From Tubiluchus corallicola (Eukaryota > Animalia > Priapulida): a DNA stretch of 64,000 nt. The notes beneath the pieces are model-generated. The model did not search any database and had not been told where the DNA came from. It was given only the letters and a program-made list of their open reading frames with translations. Made by a program: the position numbers and the translations under genes. This document shows positions 27,670 through 37,700 of the stretch, piece after piece. Numbering within the stretch: the stretch's first letter is position 1; every line of letters begins with the position of its first letter. The stretch lies in contig JAQGDQ010000233.1 of assembly GCA_030141605.1 (NCBI GenBank), positions 186,001-250,000 of the forward strand, in the 5' to 3' direction.

Positions 27670-28030
27670 TTTGCACTTTTCACTTAAATGTTGATCATGC
27701 TGGATTTCTGGATATAACGCAACGCTTCATCACACCAATACGACAGTTTGCTTTTGCAATAATGTGATTCACACTAAGTCTTGAGGTAAGTTGGTGAGCC
27801 TAATCACCAAGTCATGAATGCAACTTTGTTCATATGTTTGTACATAATTTAGAAAATAAGGGGTTGCAACTTTAGGGCGTTTTCTTACAAAAGCACATTT
27901 ACTTGGTTTGAGTCATCATTCATTTGCTGCACTAGTCTAAAAATCAAGTTGATAGAGGTCATGTTATAAAATGTAATGATCAAGATCGTTCAGTATAGGA
28001 CGAAAGAGCTTTGGGCCAGCAACAAAATAT
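27670..28030 (-). mobile_element. Highly degraded CR1-type RT fragment
   Basis: Minus strand reads FVAGPKLFRPILNDLDHYIL*HDLYQLD...KPSKCAF...HDL...HIIAKANCRIGVMKRC, matching the CR1 pattern FADDTKLYR..LQ.DL..L...KC...DLG...KAN..LG.IKR. Confidence 0.6.
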
Positions 28031-28479
28031 GATGAAATGTTATGATGAAATTTGCTCGTCTCTTGAGAAACAATATGAGGGTCACTCATTGTACTTTGGG
28101 AGATATATCTATATGCCACTTGCATGGGCATCGTTCATCATCTCCTATCATCAGCACCATCTTAAACGTTTAAGGTCCAACGTTTCCTAAATAATATTAC
28201 TTACCTGTATTACTACTACAGTTAAAGAGTTTTGTGTTTTGTTAGTACAGTACATTGTTCAATAAACTGCGCTACTTATGGTACCACATGTTGGCATCCT
28301 TGGAATTTCTAAAAATTCAAAATATAAGCTGAAATTCCTTAAATTTGCAAGTGGCAATCGAAAATTTTATAACAACCGTAAAACATGTAAAACACAATAT
28401 TTTTTGTGTTGCCTGTAAGAAATGCCAACATAGGACTATGTTATTCTACAATACCGTCATCTAGATGGTAGTCTATATT

Positions 28480-29362
28480 CTAGTTTATTGGAAGAAATGC
28501 ACAATGCTTACGTCTATGAGTTGTTGATTAAACCATTTTGCAATCAAGAAAATACGCAGTTTAGTTTAATTTATGGCCTTGCAAGTTAGATAAAAACAAC
28601 TATTTGATTAACTTTAAATAATGACAAAACGAAATATTTTCTTTTGTTGTTAGTTTTTATAAACCTCAATGAGATCTTCACAGTCAAAATTAATTCAAAT
28701 GTGGTCAAAACTTATACTATACATCAATGTAATAGTGGTGCATTTTAAGCTATTTTTCTGGTTATAATCACGGTTCAAAAATAACATTAGGACTTCTGTA
28801 ACTCGGGCATTCAATATAAGGGTCGTCTATGGAACGGAACAATCAAATTTATTCCATTTCCGTAGCCTAACAAAGGAAAAATGCAAAAACTGAATAAATC
28901 TTGCAGACGAGCGCAAGATAAATTAATATAGAAAATACACATTGCAGGCATGATGTTCATATGTTCAAAGACAAGAGAGACTTAATATTTTTGTTGCTCA
29001 TTTATTGTAAAGCAAGGCTAACTGGCTTAATTTCTTTATTATATTTATGTCTCTGTATTCTGTAGCGCTTTGAAACTTCGTCTCTAAAAATACATTCTGT
29101 TTAAATTGAAAAATCATCTTTTGGCTGCTTGAAGCGTTAATTTCGTGTAAAAATATCCGCTGGTCTGCAAATTTGTGTTTATGAAAAAGTGCAATCAGTT
29201 TATCTGCTAATTAGACATTAGTTGAGACTGTCATGTTGTTTCGTTTTGTTTAGTTTAGTTTAGACAGTTGTTGTCCAGCTTGAGCTGATGTCCCGAATGC
29301 CACTGGGCGTGCTTACGCCACAGCGGAGGCGGAGCGATAGACCAATATGCTAGACATCAATT
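28480..29362 (-). repeat. Interspersed repeat, copy 1 of an inverted pair (partner 34450-35610)
   Basis: The reverse complement aligns with 34450-35165 and 35475-35610 at roughly 80% by eye (e.g. tatcgctccgcctccgctgt, tttttacacgaaattaac, tgtgcatttcttcc). Confidence 0.9.
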
Positions 29363-30097
29363 CTGGCAAAAGCAAGGCCTGCGAATACAGTGACAAAGAC
29401 AATTGCAATGCCAACAACTGCAATGGCAATGGCAGTAGCAGCTAGAAACTGCTATGACAATGGTGGCAACACTTACAGAATTGGTCGAAGAGGCGAAATT
29501 GATATAATCATATATTAATATATACATAGAAAAAGCACAAAACGATGGTAAACACTAAACAGGCAAACATGCAAAAATATACCTGTACACAGACTAGCAA
29601 AATACTCACACCATTAAGCAGAATTATAATCAACATTAATGCATGGACATTTTACCAAGCGTTTTTCTGCATTTCTTTAACCATTTGGCCACAAAATAAT
29701 AAACGTATGTAAACAAACGTTTGTCAGCTTGCAAGGCTACATAAATAGTATCAGGTTAGGTTGTAGACAGCATTATACAGGTTTCCAAGCGAGAATTTCA
29801 CGAAATGGAACGTAAAACTAACTTGTGGTTGTTTGACCTAGTGGAAATAATAAAAAAGAATTAACTTATCTTATAGCCAAGTCCTCCTCTTTCCAGATAG
29901 CTATAACACTCTCTCTGAGACCTCCACGGGTGTTTCGTGTATGCTTTAGCGTGTTTGGCTCGATTTAATTTTGCGAAAAATTTACCGTGTAATTTTCACC
30001 GTGCACCATTAGTAGACTATAGCAGGATATTGCATTTAAGCCAAAAACAGTTTTTCGTCAATTTCGACATTCAGTTTTTCTTACAGTTTTCTCAGAT

Positions 30098-31155
30098 GGC
30101 TCTAGGTTACTTGGGCAGTAGACACTTGGGCGATAGCACTTGGCTAGTGGACATTTAGGCAGTGGTCAGTTGGGCCGTGTACACTTATGCAACGACATTT
30201 GGGTACTGAATACTTTATAAGCAGTAGAAGTAACAATACTATAGTATGCACTTATACAACATGCCTACTCACCTACATGCTAACCTGACTATCTACCTAC
30301 TCTCTGTACATACATAGATTCAAGGACTGTTGTCACAGAAAAGCAAAAGGTCCTGAGTTTCGAAACTTGCTGGCTGTTTGGCTCATAATTCTTCAGTGCT
30401 TTCCTCCTTAGATTAGCCAGCTGGTAGGTGAATTGTTGATTATTCATGAACCGTTAAGTTTATTATATCTAGTTTACCGCAAGTTCATTATCTAAAATCG
30501 AATGCAACAATCTCAAGAAAAATTTATGAAAATTCATTAGTTTCCAATTGCTTTCATAACCCTCCATTTCATACCCTAATGACAATGGCAGTGGTTTTTG
30601 AGAGTAAGACAATTAGTAAAAAATACCACAATCTAGAGAAAAGAAAACAATTCAATCAGCCTCTCTATAACTGTGTGCTACCGTCACAGGAAAAAAGCAT
30701 AATAAAATATGTACATACGTAGACAATTAGACATGCACGTATTAACTAAAAATGTAAGAAGAGAAACCCATCTACCCAGTTGTGTGCTACCCGAATGTCC
30801 TCAGTTGAACCGTTCCTTATCTCCAAAGTCAAGAAACTTATACAAGCTTGGGTGCCTAGCCTTTAATAACTATTTTATTGGCTGCACAGATTACTGTTCA
30901 AGTGTTATTGCCAAAAATGAATTGAAGAAAGTTTCACTTTATCAAATTGAACACCAAATGTCTGAGTTTAATATCTGGGGGACAAATGTTCAAGGCCCAA
31001 ACATTGCAGTGCCTAAATACGTGGCACCCAAATATTCTGGGGCGGGCCCAAATATCCGGAGCCCAAATGTATGAGGTCCAAATATCTCAGGACACATATA
31101 ATCGAGGCCAAAATGTCTGGGGCCCAAATGTCAAAGGCCCAAGTATCCATAAACC
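30098..31155. mobile_element. Foldback-like non-autonomous DNA element with inverted arrays of ~15-bp subterminal repeats
   Basis: Left end ggctctaggttacttgggc is followed by ggacacttgggc-type units (30098-30205). Right end has gcccaaatgtc-type units (30950-31155) ending gcccaagtatccataaacc, the approximate reverse complement of the left end. No clear TSD. Confidence 0.7.
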
Positions 31156-31259
31156 GATACATTCATGGGCGAATTCATACCAACAAAACATCTTAATTAT
31201 GGCCGATTTCTTTTTGAAAGTATTCGATATGCATTTTTTTGTACATTTCACAGAGTAAT

Positions 31260-31470
31260 CCTTTACAAAGCCGCCCTGCAGTATTTCAGTCACATTGAAG
31301 CTTGCCTCACTCGTGATCTTTTTACTAATTCGCCCACCCTGATGGTATTGGTACAGATCCTGAGTTGTCTTGAGCTTTTCGATAACTCCAAAATCGCTGT
31401 GACATGGTAAGTATGTGTGACCTGGAATTAGGAAATATGAATTCTGTTTGGTGGAGCAGTCCATGTCTAT
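31260..31470 (-). pseudogene. Relic of a DDD/E transposase, Sola1-like
   Basis: DCSTKQNS-YFLIPGHTYLPCHSDFGVIEK...FNVTEI resembles the D-x-C-x-x-QN ... FLxxGHxxxxCDxDFGxIEK motif set. The catalytic D appears as H and the inter-motif spacer is deleted. Superfamily recalled from memory, not searched. Confidence 0.6.
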
Positions 31471-31599
31471 GAGTTTCGTCCTTTTTCCACTCAACCACTT
31501 AATTTATATAATTATGTACGACACACTCTTGTAAGATAGGTCCCATGAGGATTCCCCGGATATTGGCGAACTGCTGAGCGCAGTGATAGTACTGATAGC

Positions 31600-31766
31600 T
31601 TCGAGTTTGACGTCGAAGAGCTCTTGCCTTGCAAGAAGTATTTTTCGCCAATTTTAGTCTTTAAAACCGTTTTGTGTTAGGCTTGAAGTTACACAAGTTT
31701 TTTGCTCTTGATTAATTAAAGTAAAACGACCAAAGACCAACAGATATTTCAGCGTGAATATATAAT
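31600..31766 (+). promoter_or_regulatory. Probable VAMP promoter and first exon ending in the split start codon AT|G
   Basis: CpG-rich patch with TGACGTC (~31608), TTTTCGCC (~31641) and an Inr-like TTAGT (~31654). An ATG-free leader ends ataAT|gtatga (31765-31766), which supplies the AT needed by the phase-2 exon at 36902. Confidence 0.55.
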
Positions 31767-34700
31767 GTATGATTTTTACTCACCCGTGTCGTATACGTTA
31801 TATAATAATAATATTAATCTTTATTTAGTCGGCTTAAAATGAGGCTTTCGTCGTCGACGTAAATAACAAACTACACAGTTTGTATGCCATTTGTTTGGGG
31901 TGCCTGATATAATAACGTATGTTTTGATAACCCCTTTCCTTCCATTTTGGTTTATAATTGTTTCCCTTTCCAAGTTTTTTATGACTGGGAAAAAATAATT
32001 TGATTTACCGGTAGTTGGCTAAAATTAAGTAAAAAGAAGTTGCACTGCGAGCTCATCACTATGCTAACTGATGCTGCGATAATGAGAGGCTATCGATTTT
32101 TTTGTAACGTAGTCGTGTTTTAACAGATGATTCTGCCGACTGTTATCTAGCAAGTTCTGTCCAAACTTACTCACTAAGCTCACTCCAACTACTGAATTCA
32201 GGAGACTTATTTTTTTCATTTTCTGGAAATGCTTAGTAAATAACTCCATTTATGCTAGTTTTGATAAAAGTAGAATAAACTACTCTGTTGCTACAGTGGT
32301 TTTATCAGATACCTTAAAATACCTTGAAAGAGCTCTGTTTTATTTTTTGATAAATGAAAAAATTAATATTTAAAATAGTTTATCAATTAATAAACTTATT
32401 AGATTACACCGAAGTGGAGCTCTTTGAGCACTTAAGTGAGATCACTGCTACTGTTTACCCCTCAGATAAGCAACTTACAAACAGGGTAGACGAAATGAAT
32501 GAATGAATTGTTTGGATGCAGTGCAGTTGTAAATTATGTAGCTGTATGTTAATATAAAATTAAAATCTATCATCTGATTACACTGACAATTTGTGCTCAT
32601 TTCAATTTCAGCTTGGGCAAATAAGTTCTGTATCTTGTTTTCTTTTCTGGTCATTTATAGAAACAGAAGTTGAACACAACTCAAGTTTTCTGTGTGTGCT
32701 CAAATGCTTGTCTTTTGAGGGGCGTGATCATGCTTGTGCCCCATTGTGTCTCTATCTTGAATTTAGAAATACCTGTTACTACTCCCTCAACTTGTCAAAA
32801 TCACTCTTGCAAAATGCTAGTTCCTAATGATTTTCAGAGTCACTTGCCAGGGGAGTAAAAATTAACTGTTTGGGAAGCAAATAAGAAAAAAATCCCTCAC
32901 TAATAAATGACTTTTGAAACAAAATTACTAACATTAAAAATAAAATGTAGTTTTTCTTTCAAACTATCAACGTTTCCTTGCTGTATTTTTCGTAGTCTTT
33001 ATCGCCAGTCCAGGGTAACAGAATGGAACACCATTGCCTTATTGGATGTTCTGCAGTATTCTTAGCCAATCACATCACTAGTCGTATAGTGATCCCACGA
33101 TATTTACTCAAGTTGTGTTTAGTCATTGGTCAGCATTCCATGGTTTTGCGGCTACTAAGTACTTACAACCGTGCACATAATATAAAATTTTATACGAAAC
33201 TACTTCAATAATTTCTCATTGTTGAACTTATAGTATAATCTACTACATTTGTATTAAAACTTAGCAGATACATTGTGCCTTTTAGTAATTAAACTAGGAA
33301 TTAGTAAAAATTCCAATATTTTAATTAAATGTAGAAAAACTTTATTCTGCAATTTTTACGGCCTCGTCAATTTTTTCTATTTTGATTTTAATGAACATGC
33401 ATTGTTACTTTACTAAGTTCAACTACCACCAAGTAAGTTCTAAACTAAAACTCCAGAATTACTGACTGGAACCAGTATTTTGGCACGTATAGTGTGTCAC
33501 TTTTTGACCAGTGTAGAATATAATGTCAGAGACGAATAAGTTTAATATACATTACGCACTCCCATGCCTTGGACAAGTACTAGTGCTCATACTATAATTA
33601 CGATAATTATGTTGGCTGATTATGCGACTCGTTTTATAATTTGTTTGTCCCTTCCGGTAAGCCAAACAAGGTGCAGTATTGTAGCAGGCATTTTTATCTA
33701 TAGTACAATATGTCTATATGATCGACTATATTAAATATAATACTATGCCATAGACCCATACAGCAGCATAATTTGCATTAAAGCTCTTAAATAGAAATTG
33801 TGCATTTTTAAAGCTTTAAACTTCCACACATCCGAAATACAGAATTTATTACTCGCAGCAGCACTTACTACAAGATTTCGATGTCATATTGTGTATAATG
33901 GCTATGCTACACAGTTCTGCCTGAATGACATTGTCAGTATGGCATTTGTGCTTTTTTTTGTAACTTAATTGTTGTAATGACATTGTCAGTATGGCATTAG
34001 TACTTTTTTGGTTGTTGTAATTTTACTTTCAGGCTAGGTATACATGTAAAGCTGCAGGTGAAAACAAAAAGTTTAATAAAACTTTTTTTCTTTCCAAACC
34101 TAGTCTAAAAAATTTGTAATACTAGCAGATGAGCTGGGGAAGGATTCAAAGCAAAAATGCTAAGCTAACACATTAGCGCATGATAAATGTATCTGAGCAC
34201 TTACAAGCAAAATGGCTTACAAATAAAATGGCTCTTAACATGGTTGTTTTTATGCATATTAGGGTGCACAAAAGCGATGAAAAGATAACATAAAAATAGT
34301 AAAAACTCTCATCACACATAAGTGTTTTACCTTAAGTATGTGAAACAGAAATTTTGAGTCGATTATGTAGAGTTATTTGAGTTATTCAATTACTGACAGT
34401 TTTTATATACATTTGAATAAGAGCAGCCTTTCCCAGACGTTGTTGTGTCAATTGGCGTCAAACACATTGGTATATCGCTCCGCCTCCGCTGTAACGTAAG
34501 CACACTCAGCGGCATTCAAGACAACAGCTCACGCTGGACACCAACTGTGTAAACTAAACTAGACAACATGACAGTCACAGTTAATGTCCAATCAGCAGAT
34601 AAGCTGATTGCACTTTTCATAAATATAAATTTGCAGAGCAGCAGCTATTTTTACACGAAATTAACACTTCAAGTAACCAAAAAATGACTTACTTTTCAAT

Positions 34701-37700
34701 TTAAGCAGAATGTAGAGACATAAGTATAATAAAGAAACTAAGCCAGTTAGCATTGCTTTACAATAAATGGGCAACAAAATATATTTATGAAAGTCTCTTT
34801 TGCCTTTGAATATATGAACACATCATATCTGCAATGTAGTTTTTCTAATTTTAATTAATCATGTTATCGTTCTAAAGCTTTTATCCACTTTTTGCATTTT
34901 TTAAACTGCTTGCTAGACTACAGAAATGGAATAAATTTGATTATTTGATTCCATAAACAATATTGCCCATGTTAGGTAAGTCATAAGTCCCAATGGCATC
35001 TCTTAATTGTGATTATAGCCAGGAAAATAGCATAAAATTTACTATTTCAGGATACAAATTTTACGTTGATATATAACATAAATTTTGACCACATTTGGAT
35101 TAATTTGGACAGTGAAGATCTTATTGAGCTTTATAAAAACTGACAAGAAAAGAAAACATTTTGTCTGAATATGAATTTCTATGAGTGTGCTTGCTTACCA
35201 CATAATCCTGACAGTTGTCATGTATTCCCGTAGATGAGTTCAACTCTGCCGCTGGTCTTTAACTATTGCTAACTGGTCATTCCTACAACCTGCGCAAACC
35301 TAGTTGCTGTAATTTTTACATGCTGGTTATCCTTGAATCATTTATACCTGCCAACTCGGGCTTCAATATAAAGTTATAAATTTCATTGTTACTTCTGTTC
35401 AAGTCGGCCATTTTACATTTGCGATCATTAAAGCAGCATCATATGATTGGCCTAATTAATCTCGTTAAGTTAATTTGTATTTTTTAATGTTAATACTTGT
35501 CTTTATCTAGCTTGCAAGGTCGTACATTAAACTTAACTGCATATTTTTATTAATAACAAAGTCAGTACCTCATAGACGCAAGCGCTGTGCATTTCTTCCT
35601 ATAAAAAACTAATTTATACTATATATTTCCACTACTTCACCTACAATATTAATCGACAATACAGACAATTGACAACCTATAATAAGATTTAAAACCAGGC
35701 TGATTTCTCTCCTCTCCTGCACATTTATGAACATTTGAGCATTTTTCGTACGAATGTAACATATACCGACAATACCAAGTTAGAGCTGTTGTCCCAAAAG
35801 ACGAGGTAATGAACCGGTTCTGTGGGCATGTGAAAAATAGGCACACTGATTGGACAGTCAGCAGAGCTTGACTGAGAATGATTGACATTTTGTTTGACTT
35901 CAATTAGGCGACCGATTCTGTTAATCGTGAGTCTAATAAACAGCACCCACAAACAAAGGTCTCAATGAGGTAAATTGAAAGGTATAAGTTATGCCTTCAT
36001 TGGTTGACCCCTGTCCCCTCTAGGAATGAAAAAATTAATATTGGATGGGTCAGGGAGACAAATGCTTCTTCCAGTGTAAATGACAGTTAGCTTGTAGTAC
36101 ATATTAAATGAAAGGTATTGAAAAGACACATTTAATGGCGTTGTTGTCGTTGTTAGGCTGGGACCGGTTAAGGATTCACTTAACTGGTTAACCGATTAAT
36201 GAGATCTAGACATCATCGGAGACACTCTGTAATTTGCCGGCTAGATCATCGGAGAATCAAATAAACAAGCAATTTACAAAACATATCAAGTGAAGCTTTA
36301 GAGGAATAAGTTCAAATAAGTCGAAACTTTTATTCATAGAAAAAATTTCAAATCGCTAGTTTTTAGCTTGGGTTGCTAAAATTTACTCATGCCAAATGCA
36401 AACTAATTAAAGAAATTTTGATGAGCAAATTTGTGAAAACACCAAGTTAGCCATTAAAACTTTGCTGTTTAAGCAACATTCTTTCTTCCTGAGTTACCTG
36501 TGTAGAATTTTAGAAGTTAAAGATAATTTTCATTTGGTGACTTATTTTCACCTGATATTCAGCTTTTAAATATTTACTAATTTAAATTTAGATTTGAGAA
36601 TATTTTCAAGAACAATCTTGCATTTGAGAATATTTTTAATCAAAGTAACATCCTGAGAAGTGAGCCTTTTGTTATAGGGTGCGAGCAGTCTGTGTGTAAT
36701 GATTTTCTTTATTGAAATCATAGTACATGTAATTATGCATTGGAAAATTTGTTGCTCAAAAGATGAAAGTATGTCCATGATTTTACGTATATACGATATC
36801 TTGCTCAGAAAAACTTAGCAAAAGTGTCAGTTAGTCAGGACATGCAACTTCACTAGAAAACAAAGTGATATTAATTTAATTGTTATTTTCCATTACAACA
36901 GGGCTGACTCACAAGGCAATAAGAGACTTCAGCAGACACAAGCTCAGGTTGATGAGGTATGACAAATGCATAGTGACATAGTATTGATCATATGTAATTA
37001 AATTTTCGTTGCAGTGCAAAAGTTTACTGTACAATAGTGCTCTTATTTTTAGTTTGACTTATTTTAGGATGAAGAGTAATGGTCACTCTATTACTTTGCT
37101 ACTTTGTTCTTAATGACTGAGAACGACAATAACTATTTTGCCTAACAAGGCTACAGTTTTTATTTTGTAACATACAGTTGATTTTGTGCTGAAAGTTGTT
37201 CATGTCAGACATTTTTCAAATTTTAAGGTTACTGGAATTATGCGAGTGAATATTGAAAAAGTCATTGAGCGTGATGAGAAACTTTCTAGTTTGGACGAAA
37301 GAGCAGGTATTATAATTAGGCTCTAAATGTAAGAGTTGATCTACTGGAGCAGGTGCAGTTGTCGTAAAATCTTTAGATGTGCTAACACCTTGTCTGATGT
37401 AGAACAGTGTCCTATGTGAAACGTCATATATCAAGATCATTACTTTGTGTAGTGATCAAGACTAATGATCAAGAATTAGTTTCACATTAATATGACACTA
37501 CCATTTTTCTGCTTCTACCTCTCTTTACCCTACATGTGGTCTGTTTTTTTTTTTGCATGTTTTTCTGTCAAACTAGGTGGTTGATATAATGCGTGTTAAT
37601 GTGGAAAAAGTTCTTGAACGAGATGACAAGCTTGGACAATTGGATGAAAGAGCAGGTAGAACTAACCAACCTTTGGTTACTATACCTATGATTTGTAGTT

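Noticed and set aside
29350-29450. Hydrophobic minus-strand frame FLAATAIAIAVVGIAIVFVTVFAGLAFAR
   Set aside because: Low-complexity gcaat/ggca repeats at the edge of an interspersed repeat; no start codon or convincing splice context.
30709-31258. 121-aa and 103-aa plus-strand ORFs; the repeat array as a possible CRISPR
   Set aside because: The openness comes from the 15-bp tandem units. There are no unique spacers, no cas genes, and the context is eukaryotic.
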